From Octopus sinensis (taxonomy: Eukaryota), in NCBI RefSeq assembly GCF_006345805.1, contig NC_043005.1:88722001-88786000 (forward strand): a DNA stretch of 64,000 nucleotides, in the 5' to 3' direction. The notes under the pieces are model-generated. The model saw nothing but the letters and a program-made list of their open reading frames with translations, was not told where the DNA came from and did not search any database. Within the stretch, counting starts at the first letter, position 1. Each line of letters starts with the position of its first letter. The translations under genes were made by a program, and so were the position numbers. This document shows positions 1 through 12,567 of the stretch, piece by piece.

Positions 1-39
<39 letters not shown>
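1..39. repeat. (AAT)13 microsatellite
   Basis: Direct reading; it abuts the 5' truncation point of the RLE LINE fragment. Confidence 0.95.
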
Positions 40-492
40 TGATGTCTCTCTCAATCAATATAAATGTATGTCAAGACCTACCAAAAACTGAGCAAGTATA
101 AAGATCTTGAAATAGAAATCAGCAAAATGTGGAACCTTGAGACTAAAACAATACCTGTTTTCGTAGGTGCTCTAGGAATGATAGCAAAAGGGGCTGATTG
201 CTACCTAGCTCAGATACTAGGAAACCCCAAAATGACAGAAATTCCAAAGATAGTGCTCATGGGAACTGCCCATATCCTATGTAAAATACTTTCTATGTAA
301 TCTCAAATTTTAAAACAAACATAATTTTCTCATGGTTTCTTAAACATTCTCTAGAGCAACACTATGTACAAAACCAAATATATGGCACCCTAGGCATAAC
401 ACCAACATGAACTTCCAACTTGTCTCTTGAGGTCTCTGGGTGAGACTTGGAGCCAACTTGTACAAATACGAAGCAAAAGTCAAACATAAAAT
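40..492 (+). mobile_element. 3' fragment of a restriction-like-endonuclease non-LTR retrotransposon (Dong/R4/Rex6-like)
   Basis: ORF 64-300 (KLSKYKDLEIEISKMWNLETKTIPVFVGALG...KIVLMGTAHILCKILSM*) matches the C-terminus of the R4-clade RLE domain, followed by a ~190-nt 3' UTR. Confidence 0.75.
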
Positions 493-722
493 CATCATCA
501 TCATCATCATCATCGTTTAGCGTCCGCTTTCCACACTAGCATGGGTTGGATGATATTTGACTGAGGGCTGGCAAACCAGATGGCTGCACCAGGCTCCAAT
601 CTTGATCTGGCAGAGTTTCTACAGCTGGATGCCCTTCCTAACGCCAACCACTCTGAGAGCAAAGTGGGTGCTTTTACGTGCCACCGGCATGGGGGCCAGT
701 CAGGTGATACTGGCAACGACCT
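491..722 (-). mobile_element. RTE-tail short element (3' end of the RTE family at 42800-43945)
   Basis: The (CAT)n tract is the tail on the minus strand; contains ctggatgcccttcctaacgccaacc and gtgccaccggca, shared with the RTE 3' UTR. Confidence 0.85.
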
Positions 723-762
723 CACACGTGTAAAAACATTCACATATATATGTGAATACCTA

Positions 763-900
763 TAGGCATAGGAGTGGCTGTGTGGTAAGAAGCTTGCTTC
801 GCAACATGTTCAGTCCCACTGTGTGGCACCTTGGGCTAGTGTCTTCTACTATTGCCTTGGGCTGACCAAAGCCTTGTGAGTGGATATGGTAGACAGAAAC
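763..900 (+). mobile_element. tRNA-derived SINE family A, 5' half
   Basis: Head ggagtggctgtgtggtaag...gttcagtccca, then ccttgggc.agtgtctt; runs into a CA-rich tract. Confidence 0.85.
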
Positions 901-969
901 ATTCACACACATACACACACACGTTCTCACACACACACACATGCACACATGCACACACACACAAAGACT

Positions 970-1003
<34 letters not shown>

Positions 1004-1475
1004 GACTCACACGCATTCACTTTTGCACTCGCACAATCACACATACAGATCCACACACACACACACATGCTGACACATTGTCCCTAAACTGACAGATCAC
1101 TACAAAGAGAGGAAATAGTTTCCATTCCTGCAGAATAATGGTTGGCTGGTCATTCACCCTTGTGTTACAGGTAAGAACACCTAAGGTGCCTGCACGGGGG
1201 AGGGGGTGTACAGGTGAGAGGATCTAAAGTGCCTGCACAGTGTGAAATAGAGGCCATGGTGAACGAGGACGAGGGACGGGAATGGGGTTAATGACACACT
1301 ACTAACTACCTCCAACTGGATAATCTGGGATAAAGCTGATTAAAAGATGGGAAATGAGATTAGATTAACTGCAGTGGTGAAGAGGAAGAGATTGGAGGTA
1401 TAAGGGAATAGCAGAATGGTCAATCTGTAGGAGGGAGAGAGGGGGAGGGAGATGGCTGGTTAAGCACAGATACAT

Positions 1476-1530
<55 letters not shown>

Positions 1531-1639
1531 CCGGCAGATGAAATATTTATTAATCTGTTTATGCTTGCACTTATGTTTTTATTTATACTCTCTCTTTTCT
1601 GTCTGTCTGTCTCTCTCTAATCCCACATGTTCAATGCAA

Positions 1640-2410
1640 AAATAGATGGATAAACAGACAGACAGATAGGTAAGTAGATAGAGAGATAAATATATAGGTA
1701 GATAGATAGATAGACAGATAGATAGATAAGTAGTTAGATAGATAGATAAATAGGTAAGTGGACAGATAGATAAATATATAGATAGATAAATATATAGTAT
1801 ATAGATTGTTTGATAGATAGATAGATAGATAGATAAGTAGTTAGATAAAGAGATAAGTAGATAGATTGACAGACAAACAGATAGATAGACAGATAGATAG
1901 ACAGATAGATAGATAGATATCTTTTTATAATGGCTACACAGGGCTGGGTAGATAGATGGACAGACAGATAGATAAATAGATAAATAGACAAGTAGATAAA
2001 TATCTACCTATTTATCTAAATAGATAAATGGGTAGATAGGTAAATAAATGCTTAAGGAAGGAAAAAAAAATCAACAATGTAGTAGTAGTAGTAGTAGTGG
2101 TGGTGGTGGTGGTGGTAGTAGTAGTAGTAGTTGGTAATAAGAAGTCAAGCAAGGTGATGGATGGAAGGGGTTAAGTAACTTGTCTGTGGGTGACCTCTTA
2201 ATCTGGGGGTAATGGTAGGGGAAGAATGCTGTGGTGGTGCAGGTGTTAATTGGTTTAAGTGAGGTGAAATTAAAGAATGCGGAGGTAATGGTGGTGGGAT
2301 GAGGTAGTTTCATCTATCTATCTTTCTATCTGTCTGCCTGTGCGTCTCTCAATCTATATGAGAGATAGATAGATAAATAGATAGATAGATAGATATAGAT
2401 AGATAGATAA

Positions 2411-2458
<48 letters not shown>

Positions 2459-2650
2459 TTAAACAGACAGGTAGATAACTAGATAGATAGACAGATAAAT
2501 AGATAACTTTCTTTATTGGCCACACAGGGCTGAAATACAGAGGGGACAAATACAAATGTAGAGCTTTTCTTTTCAAAGATGGAAAAAGGAAAAAGGAAAC
2601 AAATGTAAAATTCCGATCAAAAGGGATCGGAAAAGATAGATAAATAGATG

Positions 2651-2713
<63 letters not shown>

Positions 2714-2720
2714 TAATAGA
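1640..2720. repeat. (GATA)n/(GACA)n arrays with a (GTA)/(GGT) tract
   Basis: Direct reading (1640-2050, 2080-2135, 2360-2480, 2640-2715). Confidence 0.9.
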
Positions 2721-3277
2721 TTAGTAGAGAGGAAGAAAAATTGATAGAGATATGTATTGATAGATAGGCATACAGACAGTTAAACAGATTGATAGTATTT
2801 TTTTCTCTCCTTCAAGGGATATGCTATTTACCTTCTAAATGTTTCCAATACTATTCAATAATCTCCTTTTCTTTTCTTTTTGTTTCTCCTTTTCTCCTTA
2901 AAGGTCAGTTTTGAATTAATACTCGGTGAGGCCCTAAGCTATATAAACCCTGAAGCTCTTTCTGAAATTCGTTGCAGCTTTGAGTACATACCTGCCTTTT
3001 AATTATTTTAAGTTCTTTGCAGTTTGTGAAACTTTAAGCTGTAGTATTTTAGCATTTGCCAAAGTCTACCTCAGTTTCATGTAGAAGTAATTATCTATTG
3101 TGAAATGTAAAATGCAAGGGGAAAATTTGAATGTGATTGAAGTTCATATCCTGTAGTATTGTATTTACAAAAGCCCCCTCCGTCAGTCATGCCTGGCCTG
3201 TATTTATGTTCAATATAAAGGATAGACCAGTGTTTTTCAACTATTTTGGTTCCATGTTATGAACAGAAAATGGCACA

Positions 3278-3433
3278 GAAGTGACTGTGCAGTAAGTAGC
3301 TTGATTACCAACCACATGGTTCTGGGTTCAGTCCCACTGCGTGGTACCTTGGGCAAGTGTCTTCTACTATAGCCTCGGGCCGACCAAAGCCTTGTGAGTG
3401 GATTTGGTTGACAGAAACTGAAAGAACCCTGTC

Positions 3434-3476
<43 letters not shown>

Positions 3477-3712
3477 ATATATGTATGTATGTATATGTTT
3501 TGAGTGTCTCTGCTTCTCCCCCCACCAACATCGCTTGACAGCCAATGCTGGTGTGTTTACGTCCCTGTCACTTAGCAGCAACAGAGACCGATAGAATAAG
3601 TACTAGGCTTACAAAGTATAAGTCCTGGGGTCGATTTGCTCGACTAAAGGCGGTGCTCCACCATGGCCGCAGTCAAATGACTGAAACAAATAAAAGAATA
3701 AAAGATAGAATG
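3278..3712 (+). mobile_element. SINE family A, near full length with internal (TA)n
   Basis: Colinear with the 15770-16190 copy; tail tgaaacaaataaaagaataaaag. Confidence 0.9.
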
Positions 3713-4202
3713 AAAGAAGAAACTGACCCTTTTCGAACACAACCAGAACCCTTTAAAGGAAGTTAAGTTTGTCTCTCTCAAAAGTTTTTGCTTCCAAATA
3801 ATTTCTAAGTTACTTTTCACCACCAAGCTGTCCAAGACTATTTTTACCTCCAGCCAGCAGTTCTGATGAGTCAGCTGTTTGCAAAGAGCAATAATGGCAT
3901 CTTTCTAATTGGCCATCACCAACGACTACATCAACATATATATACTTTATTAAAAAGCAGCTGAAATATCACAAAAACAGTTACTCAGAGTTTCACGTTC
4001 CCATTTATTGGACAGTTTTCTAACAAAACTGTCCAATGAATGGGTACGTGAAACTCTGAGTAACAGTTTTCAAGATTTTTCTGCTGCTTTTAAATGAAGC
4101 ATATTACTCTACCTCTGGTATTTGAGTACTCTTTTTTCCACCTTGATTCACATTTATGTGCTTACTCCGGTATGTATATATATACATATATAGATATATA
4201 TG

Positions 4203-4260
<58 letters not shown>

Positions 4261-4270
4261 CATATATATA

Positions 4271-4597
4271 TAGGAGCACTCCGTCGGTTACAACGATGAG
4301 GGTCTCAGCTGATACAATCAACAGAACAGCTTGCTTATGAAATTAATGTGCAAGTGGTTGAGCACTCCACAGACACGTGTACCCTTAATGTAGTTCTTAG
4401 GGAGATTTAGCATGACACAAAGTGTGACAAGGCTGGCCCTTTGAAATACAGGTACTCCTGTATTTTGCCAGCTGAGTAGACTGGAGCAACGAGAAATAGT
4501 GTCTTGCTCAAGGACACAATGTATCACTGGGAATTGAACCCAAAACCTTATGATCATGAGCCAAATGACCTAACCCCTAAGCCACATGCCTTCACTG
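4271..4597 (-). mobile_element. tRNA-derived SINE family D
   Basis: Minus-strand head gtgaaggcatgtggcttaggggttagg...gggttcaattccc, then ccttgagcaagacact; flanked by (TA)n. A related head lies at 17880-18030. Confidence 0.8.
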
Positions 4598-4598
4598 A

Positions 4599-4627
<29 letters not shown>

Positions 4628-4632
<5 letters not shown>

Positions 4633-4815
4633 GTTAATCCAAACATCAACAAAGAGAAAACACAACTTGAGGATGTGGAACAAGTATAGTGTTATTGGAT
4701 GCTCAGGAAAGGAAAGAAAGAAGGAGGATTTAATGTTTCAAGCAGAGCTCTTTGTCAGAAACATAGGAAAAGAAAAGGTCCAAGGAAGGGAAGACGGAGA
4801 AAGAATAGTGGCGAC
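4628..4815 (-). mobile_element. Penelope-like-derived non-autonomous repeat (family E) with a decayed hammerhead motif
   Basis: Homologous to 22905-23100 and 28140-28325; ends ggattaac+(TA)n; HHR-like motif at 4728-4762 on the minus strand. Confidence 0.6.
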
Positions 4816-4962
4816 AAAAGAAGAAAAGTGAAAGTAGAAGAAGAAAGGTAAAAAGAAGATGAGAAAAAGTGGAAGAGTCATGGACAAATTTTTTGATGAT
4901 TTCTAATCACGATTACTGTGACGTAATATATATATATATATATATATACTTATTTATAATCG

Positions 4963-5487
4963 TCATCATCATCATCATCATTTAATGTCTGTTTTTCATG
5001 CTGGCATGGGTTGGATGGTTTGACTAAAATCTGGTAAACTAGGGGGATGCACCAGGTTCCAATCTGATTTGGCAAGGTGTCTATGGCTGGATGCCCTTCC
5101 TAACACCAACTACTCTGAATGTGCTTTTTAAGTGCCACTGGCACAGGTGCCATTGATCTGACTCTAGCATTGGTCATGACTATGGTCTCACTTGGCTTGA
5201 CAGGTGAACACAAGCATGGTACATCACTAAGAGTCTAGGTCACCTGTCACTGCCTCCATGAGGCCCAATGCTGCCAGCCTCCCCTGGCACCTGTGCCAGT
5301 GGCATGTAAAAAGCACCCACTACACTCACGGAGTAGTTGGCGTTAGGAAGGGCATCCAGCTGTAGAATCACTGCCAGATCAGACTGGAGCCTGGTGCAGC
5401 CTCCTGGCTTCCCAGACCCCAGTCAAACCATTCAACCCATGCCAGCATGGAAAACGGACATTAAACGATGATGATGCTGATGATGAC
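4963..5487. mobile_element. Head-to-head pair of RTE-tail elements (minus 4963-5280, plus 5280-5487)
   Basis: (CAT)n at the left end, (GAT)n at the right end, and mutually reverse-complementary ggaagggcatccagc cores. Confidence 0.8.
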
Positions 5488-6164
5488 ATATATAAATAAA
5501 TACGACAGCCTTCCACGCAGTTTCTGTTTACAAAATCTGCTTACAAGGCTTTAGTTGGCCAAGGGCTATAGTAGAAGACACTTAGCCAAGGTAATGAGCA
5601 CTGGGTCTGAACATGGGACCACTTAGTTGGGAAGCAATCTTCTTAACGAGACACCCACACCTGTATTTATTTCTATAGCTAGCCTGGCTGTATAAATAAT
5701 TAAATCTTGATTATGTAAATATATTCAGTCAATAGGTCTCTGCTTAAGGAGCCTATTTGCATTGTTTTCAAATATAGCTTTAATTAAAATACAAGAAACA
5801 TCTCATTAAACAATGTCAACACAAACGATTCCAGCCTCAAGAATAAGGCCGTGTCTGACAGAAAGTAGTGTCTGCATCGCTAAGGAAATCATCCATTCAT
5901 AAAGCCAGTTTGTTTTTAGGATGTAGTGGTTAATATTGGTTTCAAATTTTGGCACAAGGCCAGCAATATCAGAGTAGCAGGTAAATTAATTACATCAACC
6001 CCAGTGCTCAACTGGTACTTATTTTATTGACTTCAGGAAAGTGGACCTTGGCAGAATTTGAACTCAGAAAGTAGAGACAGCTGAAGTGCTGCTAAGTATT
6101 TCGGGGTCCATAAAATACAACCAGCTATGTACTGGGGTCAATGTACTCATTTCCAATGAAAATG

Positions 6165-6340
6165 ATATTCTTTTATTTCTTTCAGTCATTTGATTGCGGC
6201 CATGCAACCACCTTTAGTTGAACAAATCAACCCCAGGGACTGCTAAGTTAGGGGGAGGTAAACATACCAGCATTGATTGTCAAGCGATGGTGGTGGTGGT
6301 GGTGACAAACACAAACAGTCTTACACACACACACACACAC

Positions 6341-6374
<34 letters not shown>

Positions 6375-6530
6375 GATGAGCTTCTTTCAGTTTCCGTCTA
6401 CCAAATCCACTCACAAGGCTTTGGTCGGCCTGAGGCTATAGCAGAAGACACTTGCCCATGGTGCCACACAGTGAGACTGAACCCAGAACAATGTGGTTGG
6501 TAAGTAAGCTACTTACCACACAGCCACTCC
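6165..6530 (-). mobile_element. SINE family A
   Basis: Reverse complement of the family A head and tail with an internal CA/TA tract. Confidence 0.85.
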
Positions 6531-6674
6531 TACTCCTTTATGAAATCTCTCATTTTCCATCCAAGGCTTTTTGTAAACCAATCATTCTTGATGCTGTTAT
6601 TCATAGCTTCGTTAGCACCAAACTTCCAGAATCGTTAGTATGCAAATCAAAGTGCTGAGCAGTATTTCTCCTGG

Positions 6675-6920
6675 TAAGGTGGTGAACTGGCAGAAATGTT
6701 AGCACGCCTGGTGAAATGCTTAGCGGTATTTTGTCTACCACTATGTTCTGAGTTCAAATTCCGCTGAGGTCGACTTTGCCTTTCATCCTTTCGGGGTCGA
6801 TAAATTAAGTACCAGTTACGCACCGGGGTCAATGTAATCGACTTAATCCATTTGTCTGTCCTTGTTTGTCTCCTCTGTGTGTAGCCCCTTGTGGTTAGTA
6901 AAGAAATAGGTATTTCTCCT
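6675..6920 (+). mobile_element. tRNA-derived SINE family B
   Basis: gttctgagttcaaattccg (B-box-like) followed by gactttgcctttcatcctttcggggtcgataaattaagtaccag. Further copies at ~5930-6095(-), 6930-7075, 16755-16965, 31070-31230(-), 34000-34190(-), 34385-34590(-), 47880-48100, 48150-48360, 59350-59590. Confidence 0.85.
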
Positions 6921-7469
6921 GGTTTAATGTTCTGCGTTTGAATTCCACTAAGATCGACTTTTCCTATCATATTTTCGGTGTTGATGAAACAAGCCCCAAT
7001 CGAATACTAGGGGTCAATATAATCAACTACCAACTCCCCTCGGAAATTCAGGCCTTGTACTTTTAGTGAGAAGAATTATTTATATACGAGGAATTCCACC
7101 ATTTAAAAACGATTTATTTTCCAGCTTTATGATGTTGAAATTGATAGCAGGAAACCTGGAGTCTTTCACTGACGAAGATGTTGCGAAAAAAAAAATTTGA
7201 TGCCGTTGGGCAAAGTATGTCTTGAGAATAAATCAAGAACTGTGTTTTTCAAATGTCAATCTCTCTGCAAGAACTGTTCCATGATGAATAGAAGAAATAA
7301 ATGTCAGCAGCTCTGAAAAATTCTCTTTAAAGATTATTGCAAAAATTTCCAGATCTTCTCTTCCTCCCCACAAAAAAGCCCCTGATGAGAGGATAGATAT
7401 CACTGACATGGCTGGGATTTGTAGTTGAAGTAACTTCAACTGGTAGCTGTCGAACGTCAGGTGGGGGAG

Positions 7470-8190
7470 CTGTTGCTGCTACTACTACTACTACTACTAC
7501 TGCTACTACTACTACTACTACTACTACTACTAACTCCACTACCACCACCATCATCACCACCACCACCACCACCACCACCACCACCACCACCACCAATTCT
7601 ACTACTACTACTACTACTACTACTACTAGAACTCCACTACCACCACCATCACCACCACCACCAATTCTACTACTACTACTACTAACTCCACTACCACCAC
7701 CATCACCACCACCACCAATTCTACTACTACTACTACTACTACTACTACTAACTCCACTATCCACCACCAATAACAACAACAGCAGCAGTACCATTACTAC
7801 CATCACCACCACCACCACTATCACCACCACCACCACTACTACTACTACCACCACTACCACTTTCACTACCACCACTATTACTACTATCAATACCACTGCC
7901 TCCACCATCATCATTATTACCATCACCTCTTCCCCCTCACCAACAGGTAGCTTCTGCTTGGCTGTTGGGATTGCTAGAAATAGCAGTTGAATCCCCTCAA
8001 ATCACAACCTACCATCTTAAACGAAAGGATACATCAGACAGTGTAGACCCTAATATAGAAATAAAAGAAGTTTGGTCATGGCTGGAACATCTTTGGTTCC
8101 GTGTTACACTCCATCAGTGCAAATCTGGCTTTAAGCACCACCACCATCACCACCACCACCACCACCACCACTACCACCACCACCACCACC

Positions 8191-8236
<46 letters not shown>

Positions 8237-8320
8237 GCAACAGCAATACCAGCACCAGCAGGTCCAGCACCAGCACCAGCACCACCACCATCATCACTAC
8301 CACCACCAACAACAACAACA
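7470..8320. repeat. Trinucleotide mosaics (CTA/CCA/CAC/CAA)n
   Basis: Direct reading (7470-7925 and 8135-8320); a ~55-60 bp superunit recurs 3-4 times in 7525-7760. Confidence 0.9.
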
Positions 8321-8510
8321 GTGGAGGCACAATGGCCCAGTGGTTAGGGCAGCGGACTCGCGGTTGTAAGAATGCAGTTTCAATTCCCAGACTGGGCATT
8401 GTGAGTGTTTATTGAGCAAAAACACCTAAGCTCCACGAGGCTCTGGCAGGGTGTGGTGAGGAACCCCGCTGTACTCTTTAACTACAACTTTCTCTCTTTC
8501 TTCCTACTTC
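8321..8510 (+). mobile_element. tRNA(Arg)-like SINE family C
   Basis: gtggaggcacaatggcccagtggttagggcagcggactcgcgg...ttcaattccc; homologous copies at 14640-14937(-) and 57545-57730(-). Confidence 0.85.
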
Positions 8511-9455
8511 TGTCACAAAGCAGAGGAACCATGGTGTGACCCACTATGGTGTGGTAAACTTTCAGACCCTAGTCTAGATTGCAAATCCTCTGTACCCCAG
8601 GATGGTTCAGCTCTCCACCCATTAAAAGCCACCGTTTACGAAATGACGATAACAACGTAGCTTTCGCGCCTGTGCAACCGCCAGTCTATCGCATGTGGTG
8701 GGTGGATCTTCAAGGTGCCGCACGCATTCTTAGTAGCTTAGAGTAGGCTCGAATTAGAGATTATTCTTTGTGGCTAACGGCGTGAGTCCTGATTCGAAGA
8801 AGAAGTAGAAGAAGAAGAAGAAGGAGAAGACAAAAACAATACCAACACCACCAGGACCAGCACCACCACCACCATCACAAACAAGAGCAACAACAACCTA
8901 GAGACTGCTTTAAAGATAAATATTACTTTTCTCCAGTAAAACGTCTGCAATTTCTTAAAAAAACTTAAACATAACGAATTGATATTAATGTTGTTTCCCA
9001 TCGATAAACCAGTGATTGATTATCGAATGCTTTCTGGTGAAAATAACTCTCAGCTGTCAAAATCAGATAAAATAAAATAAATAAAATCAGATAAAATGAA
9101 ATAAAATAAAATAAATTGTCATTTTTATGGTTCCGCCTCACAAAACAACAACCAAGAAATGGTAAATGCATATTTTACTTGTTTCAGTCATTAGACTGTG
9201 GCCATGCTGGGGCACCACCTTGAATAATTTTAGTCGAATGAACCAACCCCAGGACTTACTCTTTAAAGCCTGGTACTTATTGTATTGGTCTCTTTTGCTG
9301 AACCACTAAGTTACAGTGGTGTAAACACACCATCACTGATTATCAAGCAATGGTGGGAGATAAACACAGACAATGACACACACATAATGGGCTTCATTCA
9401 GTTTCCACCTACCGAATCCACTCTCAAGGGCTTTGGTTGGCTTGAGGCTATAGTA

Positions 9456-10899
9456 TTTGTCGACAGTACAGTAGTGCTTGTTTATCATTTGGATTTATTC
9501 CCTCTCCTCAGAACTGTCAGTTACCAATGTGCCTTTTTGCCATCAAACATTGACCAACGAAGCAATGAATACTTGAAGTATCACTTTGATGTAAAGCATT
9601 CTGATAAGAAGGACAAGCCGTTATCATACTTTTTGCAACTGAGCTCCTTTTTTGAAAAAGCAAATACAAACATTCAACACGCTACTCCAGGAAACTAGTA
9701 AACAGGAGAATGATGGGTTGATTGCATCGTACAACATTGTATTGCTTGTTGCTAAGTCTGGGAAGTCTCACACAATTGGAGAAACATTACTTTGCTCAGT
9801 TATGGAAGAGGTTTTGTCAACCGTTTTGTCAACACGATTTCTTGATGCATCAATGAAATGGCCAATGATGTCAAATGTCAGCTCATTAATATTCTTCAGC
9901 ATTTGGAATTTTCTATACAAGTAGATGAGTCAACTGTTGTGGACAATCAATGTTTGATGATGGTATATGTTCAGTATTTCAGCGAAGACCTTCAACCTTG
10001 TGAGGAAATGCTGTTCACAGAGAAATTGCCACTTGATTCAAAAGGTGCAACCATTTTTCACACTCTCAAGTCTTTCCTTTTTGAACATAATATCCCACTT
10101 AGTAATATTCTTACCTGTGCATCTGATGGAGCCCTTTTGATGGTAGGAAGATACAAAGGTTTTTCATCTCTCCTAAAGCAGGAAATTTCCTACCAGATAC
10201 TAACTGTTGCTTGGGACACCACAGCATTTAGTGGCAAATATGAACAGTAGATTGAATGATGCTCTACATGACTGAACAAATTGAAGTCTAGTTCCTTGTC
10301 TGATCGAATTTTCCATCAACTCTGAGAAATGATGAGGACCATACTGAATTCTTATACCATACCAAAGTGTGGTGGCTGCTAAAAGGAAACTGTGTTTTAC
10401 GTTTTGTTGAACTGTTTCATATAATCATATCTTTCTTTGAAGATACTCCACTCTCCACTTCATTGATGGCTGCAACGTGCTGTATCTCTTTTCTTTGTGA
10501 TATATTTACAAAATTAAATGATTTGAATAAGTTATAGCAAGGGAACAGAAAAACTCTCTTTGATTGTAAATCATTTATCACTACCTCTATTTCGGAATTG
10601 GTGTTGTATGAGACCAACATTTCAAAACGTAAATTCCATCAATATCCACACCTTGATTCTTTGAAAGACAAAATTGGTTGATGAGGATTTAACTACATAT
10701 CGCAACTATTTACAATCATTGCACTTTAACATAGCGGAGCGATTTCAAGAATATTCCAATCTGGTATAGTAACCCATTTGAGGTTGATGCAGTCGATTAC
10801 ACCAGGGATTTTTTTTTTTATGCAGGTGGATGATGGAGCATTTTTTGACAGATAGGTGGGTGATATTGCAATTTGGCGTGAAAGGTTTGGGAAACACTG
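9456..10899 (+). pseudogene. Disabled hAT transposon of the Buster/Charlie (ZBED5/SCAND3-like) group, 5' end missing
   Basis: Frameshifted frames give a BED finger (FGFIP..LPMCL..LTNEAM..HF..KH), LIASYNIVLLVAKSGKSHTIGE, FSIQVDESTV and CASDGALLMVG, plus a WL.KGN-like box. The 3' terminus ggtttgggaaacactg (10899) is followed by gattaggc, an nnnTAnnn Buster-type target. Confidence 0.85.
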
Positions 10900-11359
10900 G
10901 ATTAGGCTATCAAATGTAATGCTCGGTTATTCACATTGCTTTTAATTAATTATGCATAATGTTGTAGCTTCAAGATTTTGATGATGAGATTGTATAGTTT
11001 TAGAATGGCATTGTAGGGTAGGTGTGAGAGGCCAGATATGGCCAGTTTGAATGCTAAATGGTTAAGTTATAATTACTTATATTTTTAAGTCATAATATAT
11101 CTAGGACTACATAGTCTAATGTCTCATTCCCTTTTTAAGGAGGCAGAGTGTGGTTCGAAGGCAAATTTGGTTGCTATTTCTAGCAACCTTCGCTGATTGG
11201 CTCATAAAAAGAAAGAATTTTAGCATTGAAAAAAGGTGTAATTGAATGAAGAACAAAGGAACTGCAGTCACCAATTTTGGTGCTGGGAGAGAATTACATG
11301 GAAGGCAGCAAGAGTACCAAAGAGGTAGCAGTGGCAGCAGTAGCAGAAATGTTTAATCT

Positions 11360-11544
11360 TAACTTTTATTAGTTTCAATTATTGGACTGAGGCCATACTG
11401 GAGCACTGCTTTGAAGGGTTTTAGTCAAACACATCAGCCCCAGTTTTTTTTTTTCTATCTCTGTTGCTGAGCTACTAAGTTACATGGATGTAAACAAATC
11501 ACTGATTGTCAAGCAGTGAGGGGGGGAGAGATAAACACACACAT

Positions 11545-11583
<39 letters not shown>

Positions 11584-12120
11584 CACACACACACATGCAC
11601 ACACACACACACACACAGACATAAACACATGCACACACACACACACACACACAGATATAAACACATGCACACACATATGCACACATGCATGCATACATGC
11701 ATACACATGTGCACATATTTATGCACATGTACATGCACACACACTCTCACACACATGCACTCACACACATGCATGCATACATGCACATATAAACACATGC
11801 ACACACACATATGCACACATGCATACATACATGCATATACATGTGCACATGTACATGCACACACAGAGGCACACACACAAATACACACACACATGCACAC
11901 ATGCACTCACATATGCATGCATACATGCACACACGTACACACATATATGCACATGTACATGCACACACACACATATACAGTTTCCATCTAACAAATTCAC
12001 TCACAAGGCATGGTTGGCCCATGGTTAGGATAGAAAACACTTGCCCAAGGTGATGCGCAGTAGGACTGAACCCCAAACCACATGGTTTGTGAAGCAAGAT
12101 TCTTAACCACCACAGCCAAA
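11360..12120 (-). mobile_element. SINE family A with a ~460-bp expanded internal CA/CATG tract
   Basis: Tail half at 11360-11520 and head half at 11975-12120, separated by simple repeat. Confidence 0.8.
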
Positions 12121-12331
12121 TGAGAAAATAAAACAAAAAAGAAAAATGAAAAACTAAAAGGGAAATGTAAAGGAAATATTTTTATCTCCCCACCCAGGCC
12201 CCATGCAACAACACCTGTGCCCCCGCCCACCTACCCACACATACCAAACCTTCTTCTACATAGCATTAATTCTTTGGAATTCCCTTCCAGCCCACAAATT
12301 CCTTGCAGACATCGATTTATGATTGTTTCAG

Positions 12332-12511
12332 GTGAACATGAGCTATATTAATCTCAGCAATGTCGGATGCTCTGCAAAGGTTACAAGTATCATTGGTACG
12401 GCTCCACCACCCAACGGAACCATAAACACAAAGAAATATGTTTTGATGAAAACAGTGCCAAATTCTGGCCGTTTACCATATTTACAGACTGACGGCATTA
12501 ACATGATGTAA
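12332..12511 (+). CDS. Possible terminal coding exon of an unidentified gene
   Basis: Acceptor-like ttgtttcag|g, a 59-codon non-repetitive open frame to TAA (12509-12511), and AATAAA at 12549-12554; no family recognised. Confidence 0.25.
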   Translation: MNMSYINLSNVGCSAKVTSIIGTAPPPNGTINTKKYVLMKTVPNSGRLPYLQTDGINMM

Positions 12512-12567
12512 TATGTATGTTCTTTGAATTGCAGTTGGTGAAGTCTTCAATAAATATAGAAAGTTAA

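Noticed and set aside
2862-3002. Strong polypyrimidine tract plus AG at ~2901 as an exon
   Set aside because: The downstream frame is short and unrecognisable; similar tracts (for example 54780) arise from CT repeats.
3860-3895. CTGATGA occurrences at ~3865, 7383 and 32638, and CTGACGA at ~7169
   Set aside because: No helix II followed by GAAA.
7085-7230. Possible mariner C-terminal remnant (RWAKYV)
   Set aside because: Too short and frameshifted, with no TIR pair.
7327-8415. Poly-His/Gln/Thr/Val ORFs
   Set aside because: Trinucleotide repeats open in several frames on both strands, with no splice or domain support.
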